DNA of 64,000 bases from Candidatus Latescibacterota bacterium. Its GTDB lineage: Bacteria; Latescibacterota; UBA2968. Position numbers and translations under genes: made by a program. Each line of letters opens with the position of its first letter. Positions within the stretch are counted from its first letter, which is position 1. A model generated the notes under the pieces. It made no database searches. It saw nothing but the letters and a program-made list of their open reading frames with translations, and had not been told where the DNA came from. This document shows positions 54,751 to 64,000 of the stretch, one piece after another. The stretch lies in the NCBI GenBank assembly GCA_965207885.1, contig OZ242311.1, positions 3,936,001 through 4,000,000 of the forward strand, in the 5' to 3' direction.

Positions 54751-55556
54751 ATGTCGAAGATTGGTACCAGGGCATACCGATCTCCAATCAGATGTCCGCG
54801 CAAAGCGAGCCACGCCTTGAGAGAAGTTGCCATCACTTACTCGATATAATGGCAGAATACAATGTTCTCGGCACATTCTTTATCCTGGGACCAGTAGCAC
54901 AGCACTATCCCGACTTAATACGCCGCATAGCCCGCGAAGGTCACGAACTGGGATGCCATGGATGGTCTCACGATCTGGTCTATGAAATGACCCCCAAGCG
55001 ATTTCGAGAAGAAACGCAACGGGCTTCTGCTGCGATCTCAGATGTAACCGCGCAACCCGTAACCGCCTATCGCGCAGCCTATTTTTCCATTACAGCGCGA
55101 TCATTTTGGGCCCTGGATATTTTGGCAGAACTCGGCTTTCAGTGCGATTCGAGTATTTTTCCAGTGCATAACTGGCGATATGGGATTCCCGATTTTGAGT
55201 TGTCATCGCGTATTGTAAAAACTGCTTCTGGGCCAATTTGCGAAATTCCAATATCTGTACGCGAAGTGGGAAAAATGCGATTGCCCGTAACCGGAGGCGC
55301 GTATTTCAGGCTATATCCCTATTTTGTGAGCCGCGCAAATATGCGGGCCGTGAGCAAACAACAGCGGGCTGTGGTCTTTTATCTGCACCCCTGGGAACTC
55401 GACCCCGATCATCCACGGATCGCATTTTACTGGAAGGCGCGTCTGACGCACTACGCCAATTTGAAAGCAACAGAGCCTCGATTGAGACGATTATTGACCG
55501 ACTTCTCTTTTTGTCCGCTACGCGAAATTGCAATGCAAATGAGAAAAGACGGATGA
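54729..55556 (+). CDS. Polysaccharide deacetylase (DUF3473-containing type)
   Basis: FTVDVEDWY, TFFILG, HELGCHGWSH, GGAYFRLYP, YLHPWELD. Confidence 0.9.
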   Translation: MRHAFTVDVEDWYQGIPISNQMSAQSEPRLERSCHHLLDIMAEYNVLGTFFILGPVAQHYPDLIRRIAREGHELGCHGWSHDLVYEMTPKRFREETQRASAAISDVTAQPVTAYRAAYFSITARSFWALDILAELGFQCDSSIFPVHNWRYGIPDFELSSRIVKTASGPICEIPISVREVGKMRLPVTGGAYFRLYPYFVSRANMRAVSKQQRAVVFYLHPWELDPDHPRIAFYWKARLTHYANLKATEPRLRRLLTDFSFCPLREIAMQMRKDG

Positions 55557-55735
55557 GGTCATAAGACCCCATCTGCGGGAGGTGCGTTTCATCTCAGGTT
55601 TCTAATTGCCTTTAAGCATTCGAGACCTTATATTTAGATGTTTCTGGGTGGGGCTGTGTCCTGGGATGTATAAAGAGTGGGGATTGTATTTGTCGGAAGA
55701 TATGTCCCTCTCGGCAATGGGAAAGGAATAAATAC

Positions 55736-56710
55736 ATGAGGTTTTTGGTTACGGGCGGTGCGGGTTTTATTGGCTCACATCTGGCCGAACGGCTTTTGAA
55801 ACAAGACCACGAAGTTTTTGTTTTAGACGATCTTTCAACTGGAGATCTGGACAATGTGCGGCACCTCGAGGGGAATCCGCGGTTTCAAATGAAAGTGGGC
55901 ACAGTGCTCGATCCAGAGACACTCAGACCCTTAGTCGAGTGGAGTGATGTCATTTATCATCTCGCGGCAGCTGTGGGTGTTAATTATGTCATCAACCACC
56001 CATTGCAGTCTTTGACCACGAATATCCGGGGCACTGAACTCCTGTTGGAATTGGCGAACAAAACGAAGAAACGAGTACTTTTGGCTTCGACCTCAGAGGT
56101 TGCGGGAAAGAAAAACGGCAAAGCGACATTTAGTGAAGACGATGATCGCCTGTTGGGACCAACAACTGTTGCGCGATGGAATTATTCAACCTCTAAAGCC
56201 GTTGGTGAAATGCTGGGATTGGCTTATTGGAGAGAAAAAAAATTGCCCGTGATCATGGTGCGCTTCTTCAATGTAATTGGTCCCCGGCAAAGTCCAGAAT
56301 ACGGCATGGTGGTGCCCCGATTTATCAAGCAGGCATTGTTGGGACATCCCATTACGGTATATAACGACGGCGAGCAAAGGCGGTGTTTTACCGATATAGA
56401 AGATGCCTTAGATGGATTGACAGCACTGATGGAACACGACCAAACGCCGGGCGAAATTTTCAATTTGGGCGGCAATCACGAGACCAATGAGATTTGTATC
56501 AAGGGCCTCGCTGAAAAAATCAAAGTGCTGACGGAAAGCGATTCACCCATTGAATTTGTGCCTTATGATAAGGCATTTGCAAAGGGTTCTTACGAAGACC
56601 TCAATTATCGCGTTCCCGATTTGACCAAGATCAAAAAATTAACGGGTTATAATCCCAAAATTAGTTTGGATACCACATTGCGGCGCATTATTGAATACTA
56701 CGAATCGTGA
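55736..56710 (+). CDS. NAD-dependent nucleotide-sugar epimerase/dehydratase (extended SDR)
   Basis: TGGAGFIG, ASTSEV, YSTSK (YxxxK), RFFNVIGPRQ. Confidence 0.93.
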   Translation: MRFLVTGGAGFIGSHLAERLLKQDHEVFVLDDLSTGDLDNVRHLEGNPRFQMKVGTVLDPETLRPLVEWSDVIYHLAAAVGVNYVINHPLQSLTTNIRGTELLLELANKTKKRVLLASTSEVAGKKNGKATFSEDDDRLLGPTTVARWNYSTSKAVGEMLGLAYWREKKLPVIMVRFFNVIGPRQSPEYGMVVPRFIKQALLGHPITVYNDGEQRRCFTDIEDALDGLTALMEHDQTPGEIFNLGGNHETNEICIKGLAEKIKVLTESDSPIEFVPYDKAFAKGSYEDLNYRVPDLTKIKKLTGYNPKISLDTTLRRIIEYYES

Positions 56711-56781
56711 TGCCCGCTTTACTCTTTTTTACAAACGGCGTTTGCATTGCCCATTGGGAAGTGTAAACGCCAATTTTTGTT

Positions 56782-57930
56782 ATGCATCGACGTCCCAAAA
56801 TACTCCATACCATGACCTGGCTTGCGCCCGGTGGTGGTGCAGACCGAAATGTGTATCTTTCGATGAAGGACATGCGAAAGGATTACGAGATACACCTCGC
56901 CGTTGGACGGCAAATAGAGCGGGACGATTTGTTAAAACTACACGGGGTTGCCGCACATATATGCCCATATTTAGACCGGAAAATCAGACCCTGGCGCGAT
57001 TTTCGCGCGCTGCTGTGGTTCATGCGATTGATTCGCCGAGAGCGATTTGATCTGGTTCACACCCATGAAAGCAAAGCGAGTTTGCTCGGGCGCCTCGCAG
57101 CGCGATTGGTCGGCTGCAAGCATATCATCTACGGACTTCACGGTGTTGTTTTTAACGATCCTGTCAACCGCATCAAACGACAATTCTACATCGCGCTCGA
57201 AAAAATGACGATATGGGCTTGCGATTTGATCATAGCCGTTGGTCGGGACACAATTCGGCACTATCATCGGGAGAATATAGGTCGCAGCATTCCCCATCAG
57301 GTTGTTTATAGCGGCATCGATGTTACAGAATTTGAACGGCGTCTGAACAACGTAAAAAAAGACGCATTTCGGCGCAACACAGGCATACCTGACGACGCGC
57401 CCGTCCTGGTCAATATCGGCCGTTTTTCATCCGCCAAAGCACAACATTATACCATTGAGGCATTTGCCAGATTGCAATGTCCCGGAGCCAGATTATTATT
57501 GGTAGGGGAAGGACCCGAGCGCGCAGCTTGCGAGCGGCTTTGCGCCGAGTTAGGCATCGTGGATCGGGTTATTTTCGCGGGATTTCTCCAGGATATTACA
57601 CCTGCGTATGCGATTGCCTCTGTGCATGTCCTATCCTCTTTACGCGAGGGCTTGTCCGGCGTTGCTGTAGAAGCATCCCTCGCGCGGGTGCCCACAGTAT
57701 CGTTCGAAGTCGAAGGCATACGAGAGATTGTAACACATGGACACTCAGGCTTTGTCGTGCCACAAGGCGATATCGAGGCGATGGTGATATATTTGGAAAA
57801 ACTGATCGGAGATTCTCAAATGTGTCACACATTTGGAGAACGCGCATACCAGCACGCGATTGCGCGATGGGATCACCGCGTTATGGTGCAAAAATTGGAT
57901 ACGATTTATCGACAAAGGCTCAAAATATGA
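56782..57930 (+). CDS. Glycosyltransferase family 4
   Basis: GGA, DLVHTH, GRFSSAK, SLREGL...EA. Confidence 0.9.
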   Translation: MHRRPKILHTMTWLAPGGGADRNVYLSMKDMRKDYEIHLAVGRQIERDDLLKLHGVAAHICPYLDRKIRPWRDFRALLWFMRLIRRERFDLVHTHESKASLLGRLAARLVGCKHIIYGLHGVVFNDPVNRIKRQFYIALEKMTIWACDLIIAVGRDTIRHYHRENIGRSIPHQVVYSGIDVTEFERRLNNVKKDAFRRNTGIPDDAPVLVNIGRFSSAKAQHYTIEAFARLQCPGARLLLVGEGPERAACERLCAELGIVDRVIFAGFLQDITPAYAIASVHVLSSLREGLSGVAVEASLARVPTVSFEVEGIREIVTHGHSGFVVPQGDIEAMVIYLEKLIGDSQMCHTFGERAYQHAIARWDHRVMVQKLDTIYRQRLKI

Positions 57931-58622
57931 AACCGCGCAAAATGGGATACGGCTGTACCAGCAGTACATCAACGCGGGCTGTCGGGCAATTTTTTGATAT
58001 TTATGCCAAAAATTTTGATGCGATCTACGGACATACAGGACGTCGAAGCGCGCTCGGCAGATGGGTAGATCGCACATTTCGGCAGGTGATGATGCGGCGT
58101 TTTGAGGAAACGCTTCGGCAAACAAAAAAACAAGAGATTCATTCTGTCTTAGACATCGGGTGTGGCCCGGGGCGATACATAGCTGCGTTTGCACTTCAGG
58201 GAAAAGATGTCGTGGGAGTAGATATTGCCGAAGAAATGCTAAAAATTGCACAGGACAATATCGACGCGCTCAATGTAAGTGCAGACCTCGTTCTGGACGA
58301 TTATCTGTCTGTTCATTTTGACCGGATATTTGACGCGGCGTGTTTGATGGGATTTTTTGATTATATTGAAGATCCCGTACCGATTTTAAAAAAATTGGCA
58401 ACAGAAGTAATGGGCGAATTTTATGCGAGCTTTCCAAAATCGGGCGGTTTTTTGGCGTGGCAGCGCCACATCCGATACCGCCTGCGAAGGTGTCCGCTGT
58501 GGTTATACAGCAAACGAGATGTTGAAGACGCACTGATTGCAAGCGGCTTTGTCGGATGCTACGAAATTCGAGATTTTGGACGCGATTGGTATGTAGTCGT
58601 CCAAATGCAGGGCACAGGGTGA
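57927..58622 (+). CDS. Class I SAM-dependent methyltransferase
   Basis: VLDIGCGPG, GVDIAEEM; ATGA overlap with the upstream GT. Confidence 0.85.
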   Translation: MKPRKMGYGCTSSTSTRAVGQFFDIYAKNFDAIYGHTGRRSALGRWVDRTFRQVMMRRFEETLRQTKKQEIHSVLDIGCGPGRYIAAFALQGKDVVGVDIAEEMLKIAQDNIDALNVSADLVLDDYLSVHFDRIFDAACLMGFFDYIEDPVPILKKLATEVMGEFYASFPKSGGFLAWQRHIRYRLRRCPLWLYSKRDVEDALIASGFVGCYEIRDFGRDWYVVVQMQGTG

Positions 58623-58663
58623 ACCACCATCTCCGAAAAACCAGAGCTATTTTTTTAGCACCT

Positions 58664-60202
58664 ATGTCAAAAGGTCTCACATTTTTAAAATTATGCACCG
58701 CCGCGGCCTTTGCAATACTGGCGTGGATCGCTTCGGGCATATCATTATTAGACGATGATTGGGGCCATCTCAAATTGGCATCCAAAGGCTTTGCCTCCGC
58801 TTTGACAACCGGATGGGAGGGCCTGATTGGGCAAGGGGGATATTATCGTCCGGTAGTTGTTTCATCGTTTTATCTCGACTATTTAATCGGTGGGTACGCG
58901 CCCGCTATTTATCACATCCACAATATTTTGATTCACACGGGATGCGCGTATCTCGTTTTTTTATTTGCGCGATGCCTCTCCACAGACCGCGCGGTAGCCT
59001 GGGGCGCCGCGCTTTTGTTTTTTCTACTCCCCATTCACACCGATTCTATCTTCTGGATTGTTGGACGCACAGATCTCTTGTGTGCGCTATTTTATCTGGG
59101 CGCGCTGATTTTATTTTTTAAATACATGCAGCGCGATTCTACCGGCGCGTTATTGGGACTTGCCGCTTGTAGTGCACTCGCTTTTTTGTCCAAAGAAATG
59201 GCAGTGTCCCTACCCATCGCACTCGCGGCACTGGTCGCGTATCGCAAAGCGTGGAACACAGCACCAGCGCGGCGCGGATTGGCTGTTGTCTGTATCGTAT
59301 TACTCGCGTATTTTGGCGTTCGGTGGCTCGTACTGGGTAGCGTATTGGGAGGGACACCCCGCGCGTCAATTATAGATTGGGCGCGCGACGGCGTGAAAGC
59401 TGTGGCAAAATTTGGGATGAGTGATATCTGGTGGCTAGGCATTGCATTGGTGATCGGAAGTGCTGGAATTTTTATTTATCAACACGGTCGCAACATCTTG
59501 AACAAAAACGCGGGGTTCTGTCGCCCATTTGCCCTGCTCTTGATCTTTCTCCTCGGCGCGAGCCTCGCCCCGGCATTGGGGCATTTACACAACTGGTATT
59601 TGTATTTGCCCTCCGCCTTCTTTTGTCTGGGTATCTCTATGATTTGGCTAAATAAAAAGCAGCCAATTCTCTGCTCTCTCTTTGCCGTTCTAATCCTTTA
59701 CTACGGAGTGGTGATCGGACGCGAGGGCTTTCTCTGGCGCGAAGCTTCGCAAATGAGCGAAAATGCGATTGCCAATTTGATGCCCCATGCGCGGGCAACC
59801 ACCGGCACGTTATTCGTCTGCAACGTGCCCTCGGCCTGGACACCTTCCGGTGCATTCAGTGGCAAACCGCTATTTGCTTATGCACTCAAAAATGCACTTG
59901 CCATGCGGTCGTCTCAACCGTTGCAAGCTAAAATTGCAATGGTGAACCACGTCTGGTTGACTGATGATTTTGCGTATCGCATTCACAGAACAAATACGGG
60001 TTTTGATCTGGCGATTGCAAAAGGCGGCTTCTTTTCGTTTCACAGCAAGGGACAGGGACAAACACCGCCTTTTGAAATTGTCCAAATGTGGGGGCGTGTG
60101 GCGGTACACGCAACCGATTCTCTCTCAATCGCGCTGAATATGCAACCTGAGGATCGCGTGGTAATCTACAACAAAGGTGAATTTGAGAAATTGTGGCCAT
60201 AA
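58664..60202 (+). CDS. GT-C fold membrane glycosyltransferase (TMTC/PMT-like, without TPRs)
   Basis: DD after the first TM, YYRP, YHIHNILIH, PIHTDSIFWIVGR, SKE, YLYLP; many TM helices. Confidence 0.78.
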   Translation: MSKGLTFLKLCTAAAFAILAWIASGISLLDDDWGHLKLASKGFASALTTGWEGLIGQGGYYRPVVVSSFYLDYLIGGYAPAIYHIHNILIHTGCAYLVFLFARCLSTDRAVAWGAALLFFLLPIHTDSIFWIVGRTDLLCALFYLGALILFFKYMQRDSTGALLGLAACSALAFLSKEMAVSLPIALAALVAYRKAWNTAPARRGLAVVCIVLLAYFGVRWLVLGSVLGGTPRASIIDWARDGVKAVAKFGMSDIWWLGIALVIGSAGIFIYQHGRNILNKNAGFCRPFALLLIFLLGASLAPALGHLHNWYLYLPSAFFCLGISMIWLNKKQPILCSLFAVLILYYGVVIGREGFLWREASQMSENAIANLMPHARATTGTLFVCNVPSAWTPSGAFSGKPLFAYALKNALAMRSSQPLQAKIAMVNHVWLTDDFAYRIHRTNTGFDLAIAKGGFFSFHSKGQGQTPPFEIVQMWGRVAVHATDSLSIALNMQPEDRVVIYNKGEFEKLWP

Positions 60203-60214
60203 AAAGGTACGATC

Positions 60215-63200
60215 ATGAAAACTTTCTCGCATTTGATTCCCGCAATCACTTTACTAATCGCGACGAGCATCGCACACGCGGGAAACGTGCGCGTGGTGGC
60301 AACGGGTGAAAACTGGGTAGAAGTTGTGGTAGATGCATCCGATTTAGTCATCACCTCAGAATCATCTTATGATCGCATAGACGTGCCGGGATGGATGTGG
60401 TTGCACCAGCCGGGAGCACCTGCTGTACCTGTACGCGGAGCAACACTGGGCATGCCTTATGGCTCTCGTGCGGTCGTTCAAGTGCTCAATGCAAACTATG
60501 AGGAAATCGACGGACTGAATTTGATGCCAGTGCCCCAGATGCAGTTATTGGGATCAGAACAACATCCGTTTTCGAGATCAATTTACCTGAAGGACGAGAC
60601 AATTTACGACACGCCGGGATTTTATCCTGGTGCAGAAGCCGTTGTGTCACACACGGGCGTCTTGCGCGATCAACAAGTCGCGATTCTGTCATTGCGTCCC
60701 GTGCAGTACGACCCCGTTCAGCGCAGACTTAGGATTGCGCGACAATTGCGGGTGCGCATATTATTTATCGCGGATGAAACGCGGCCCTCTATTCGGATTT
60801 TGAGAGCTACAGACGGTTTTGAGCCTATCTATCAAAAGGGATTGCTCAACCCCGAACAGGCGCGCTTTTGGCGTGGGCGACGCATTCGCGCGACAAAGCG
60901 CATACAGGATTGGTACGACCCCCTGGCCACGTATTACAAAATCAGAATTTTTGAAGATGGTCTCTACCGATTGGATGCGAACTGGTTTTCCGAATCCGGC
61001 ATTGTGTTGGCACCGGGAGATTTGGATCGGTTGCAGGTATTTTTAGACGGAAAAGAAATCCCGCTACTCATTGAAGATGGCGGAGACGGCGTATTAGATA
61101 CGGGCGATGGGGTGCTGTTTTGGGGCGCATATCGACGCGCGCCAGACCGAGACTTCGAAAATGAATACGGCGCAGAGCGCGTCTATTTCCTGCGTATTGG
61201 TCGAGAATCTGGCCTGCGATATAAACCAGCAGAAGACGCGTCTGCCGCCGACGCAGTCTCCACGCATTTTTTGTCGCGCAAACACGTTGAAATCGATTCT
61301 ACTTATGAAGCGATGGGACATGCCCGAAATGCCGACCGCGATCACTGGTTCTGGCGGCGCACTGCATCTCCGTCGCGCCCAGGCGATATGCCCACAGACG
61401 TCGTAATGCCCGTACCTTTGCCGGGGCTGGCGCGCGAAGCAGGTAGCAACGCGCAAATTCGCCTGGGCATGCATTCCTTGACCTTGAACCAGAATATAAA
61501 CCCCGATCACTACGCTGTCGTACAAATTCAGGATGGGCCGCTCATCGCAGAAGCGCGCTGGGATGGACAGGATGCTCATATAGCGACGGGCGTAGTACCT
61601 GTATCGGCATTGTCGGATACGACGTACGTGGTATTGCGAACACCCGGCGATCCCTCGTTTCCTATCGAGCCGATTCCCTATGTCGATCACGTGTATTTCA
61701 ACTGGGTAGAGATCACCTATCCGCGGCACTTTGAGGCCATAGATGGTATGCTGTATTTTAATCCGGGTATTGTGCTTTCGCCGCGCGCGGTCTCAATTCC
61801 CAATCTTGAACACGAACGGGTTAGAGTCTTGAATTTGGACAAGAACAAGATCATTGCCACGGTGCGAGATGGCGAGGGAATTCGGTTTGAGATTGCTGAA
61901 GGCGGCAATTTTGTCGCGGTAGATGAAACAGCGATAAAAACACCCGAACGCGCAGAACGCGACACTCCTTATGATTTGCGCGGCTTCTCTGGCGCGGATT
62001 ACGTGATTATCGCAGGTGCAGATTTTATGGATGCCGCCGAGCGTTTGGCCGCACATCGGCAAGGGCAGGGGTTATCCACGCTGGTGGTCAATGTAGCCGA
62101 TGTATATGACGAGTTTTCCTTTGGACAAGTCGATGCCGAGGCCATTCGCGGTTTTGTACAATACGGATTTCACACTTGGACAAAACGTCCCGTGTATGTA
62201 TTGTTATTCGGGGAATTCAGCTTTGATTATCGCAATATATTTGGAGAAAATCTGATCGCGCGTCACAACCTTGTGCCAGGCATGCCTTTTCAATCTCCCA
62301 ACCGAGGTCTAGCATTTACCGATGAATTTTTTGGGCGGGTGGATGATGGTTTATTTATGGATGTATTTGTGGGGCGGTTTTCCGTACGACGCGCATCGCA
62401 GGCCAATACAGTTGTGCAAAAAGTAATCGCTTATGACGAAACACCGTCGGCGCAATGGCGCAATCGCATTTTGCTAATGGCAAATTGGGATCCACAGGGA
62501 GGGACGTACAAATTTATTGCGCCGAGTGATACGCTGGCAACAATTACGCACGCTATCGGGCTGGAGAATTTCAAGGTATATCACGACGCAGATACACCGC
62601 CCGAACCCAATGCCTCATCCCGCGAAGTTATTCGGCAGATCAATGAGGGGCGTCTGATTGTAAATTTTATGGGACATGGCAGTGCCTCATCGATGTCCAA
62701 ATTTATTGCCGGAACATTTCAGCGAGGGGCGTTCGATTACATGAGCCAGATACGAAACCGCGAACGCCTACCCCTATTTATCGGAATGTCGTGTCTAAAT
62801 GGTTTGTACTGGGACCCGCGCATCATAAGTTTAGCCGAAGAAATGACCAACAAACCCAATGGCGGCGCAATAGCGTATATCTCCGCGTCTTCCCTCTCTT
62901 TTATTCGCATTAACAACCAGCTCAACACCGCGCTATTCCGACATATATTTGAAAATGGCGTACGGGCTTTCGGGCACAGTCTCGCTCTGGGCAAAATGAC
63001 CGAACTCGCCGCTCTCCCTTCGAGTGAACTGGGATTGGTGGGGATGAATTTGATCGGCGATCCCGCACAACAAATCGCAGTACCACAAAGCCCGGATTTT
63101 GTACTTGGCGATGCTGCGTTGCAGTTAGACCAGCAAGGCGAACTGACTACGGCGGACTCGGTTCGGGTGACACTCCGCGTAGATAATTGGGGTATTCTGC

Positions 63201-64000
63201 CCAAACGCAGCGTGGATATCGTCCTGATTGATCGCAACCTGGATTCCGCCGTGGTCGATACCCTATTCAGGGCGGCTTTATCGCCTTTTGGAATACGCGA
63301 TAGTGTGACGGTGCTCTGGCGTCTCAAAAATCGTGCCGGACGCCATGTCTTAGAAGCGATAGCCGACCCCGCCAATGCAATTGTAGAAGGCGATGAAACA
63401 AATAATCGGACAGCAGTAGAAATTGATGTCTTAGGCGCATTATCGACTATACAGCTCTTGCCATTGCCCAGTCAGACCGTCGCAAATGCCCAGACAGTAT
63501 TGGGTGTGCGGTCTGGGGAAAACCAGTTTCATCTAACGGGCGAATTTGAACTAAATAGATCTGGCGATTTTCAAGACCCCGCGACAATACGTTCGGGCAG
63601 CGTGGCCACAGCCGAGGGCATCATCTTATGGCGACCGACGGGTTTGCGCGCGGAGTCTTATTTTTGGCGCGCACGATTATCCGATGGACAAACAACCGGC
63701 CCCTGGTCCAATGTGCGACATTTTGTGGTGACATCCTCTGTACCCGAACGACAGGTGGTGTGGCAGCAAGAAGGCACTATTGCATTATCGCGCGGCACTG
63801 GCGAAGATGTCGTGCTGTCTAAGGACGGTTCTGTGGGACGCACCATGTCTCCACCGCCGATCCGATTCAATGCTGCCGAGGCTTCTTTTCTCAGTGAAGG
63901 TGTAGCGGGTGCAGCCGTTTTGTGTACGGACGGAACATACCTGTATGTAAAGCGATTCTATACATCGCAAGACCGGTATCCAGGCAGTGATTTGTTCGCA
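60215..64000 (+). CDS. Peptidase C25 (gingipain/PorU-like) with propeptide and CARDB domain, truncated by window edge
   Basis: Not in ORF track. Manual translation from ATG 60215: signal peptide, propeptide (PGAPAVP, RPVQYDP), YYKI..DGLYRL, DYVII, VYDEFSFG, YVLLFG, VGRF, FMGHG and MSCLNG (His/Cys dyad), GGAIA, LIGDPA, then DPANAIVEGDETNN. Confidence 0.88.
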   Translation, partial: MKTFSHLIPAITLLIATSIAHAGNVRVVATGENWVEVVVDASDLVITSESSYDRIDVPGWMWLHQPGAPAVPVRGATLGMPYGSRAVVQVLNANYEEIDGLNLMPVPQMQLLGSEQHPFSRSIYLKDETIYDTPGFYPGAEAVVSHTGVLRDQQVAILSLRPVQYDPVQRRLRIARQLRVRILFIADETRPSIRILRATDGFEPIYQKGLLNPEQARFWRGRRIRATKRIQDWYDPLATYYKIRIFEDGLYRLDANWFSESGIVLAPGDLDRLQVFLDGKEIPLLIEDGGDGVLDTGDGVLFWGAYRRAPDRDFENEYGAERVYFLRIGRESGLRYKPAEDASAADAVSTHFLSRKHVEIDSTYEAMGHARNADRDHWFWRRTASPSRPGDMPTDVVMPVPLPGLAREAGSNAQIRLGMHSLTLNQNINPDHYAVVQIQDGPLIAEARWDGQDAHIATGVVPVSALSDTTYVVLRTPGDPSFPIEPIPYVDHVYFNWVEITYPRHFEAIDGMLYFNPGIVLSPRAVSIPNLEHERVRVLNLDKNKIIATVRDGEGIRFEIAEGGNFVAVDETAIKTPERAERDTPYDLRGFSGADYVIIAGADFMDAAERLAAHRQGQGLSTLVVNVADVYDEFSFGQVDAEAIRGFVQYGFHTWTKRPVYVLLFGEFSFDYRNIFGENLIARHNLVPGMPFQSPNRGLAFTDEFFGRVDDGLFMDVFVGRFSVRRASQANTVVQKVIAYDETPSAQWRNRILLMANWDPQGGTYKFIAPSDTLATITHAIGLENFKVYHDADTPPEPNASSREVIRQINEGRLIVNFMGHGSASSMSKFIAGTFQRGAFDYMSQIRNRERLPLFIGMSCLNGLYWDPRIISLAEEMTNKPNGGAIAYISASSLSFIRINNQLNTALFRHIFENGVRAFGHSLALGKMTELAALPSSELGLVGMNLIGDPAQQIAVPQSPDFVLGDAALQLDQQGELTTADSVRVTLRVDNWGILPKRSVDIVLIDRNLDSAVVDTLFRAALSPFGIRDSVTVLWRLKNRAGRHVLEAIADPANAIVEGDETNNRTAVEIDVLGALSTIQLLPLPSQTVANAQTVLGVRSGENQFHLTGEFELNRSGDFQDPATIRSGSVATAEGIILWRPTGLRAESYFWRARLSDGQTTGPWSNVRHFVVTSSVPERQVVWQQEGTIALSRGTGEDVVLSKDGSVGRTMSPPPIRFNAAEASFLSEGVAGAAVLCTDGTYLYVKRFYTSQDRYPGSDLFA

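Noticed and set aside
55557-55735. Riboswitch or ncRNA in the 179-bp gap before the epimerase
   Set aside because: Only a short imperfect hairpin is visible and I could not match a known RNA family; an Rfam scan would be needed.

Overview
Bacterial chromosomal window, moderately GC-rich. The gene content (many sulfatases, PhyH-type Fe/2OG dioxygenases, Gfo/Idh/MocA oxidoreductases, EF-hand+LRR surface protein, GWxTD and C25 proteins) resembles marine or sponge-associated Latescibacterota/Poribacteria-like organisms; this taxonomy is inference. It holds about 47 CDSs, including uvrB, nadC, a type II R-M pair, a RelE/XRE toxin-antitoxin pair, a BlaI/BlaR1-TonB pair, an exopolysaccharide/glycosylation cluster and a gingipain/PorU-like C25 peptidase running off the right edge. 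I saw no rRNA, tRNA, CRISPR array or transposase. The standout is 30887..33973 (-): a single ~1028-aa ORF that is a radically miniaturised fusion of bacterial RNA polymerase beta and beta'. It keeps the catalytic NxDFDGD motif, the beta GDK..RHG.KG lysines and the sigma-binding clamp helices, but apparently lacks the flap, Zn-binding domain, jaw and trigger loop. It is the last gene of a terminator-bounded unit that starts at an ECF-type promoter and also holds an internally deleted ECF sigma factor and an ABC exporter, with a DksA/TraR zinc-finger protein upstream. All family assignments come from motif recognition by eye, not database searches.
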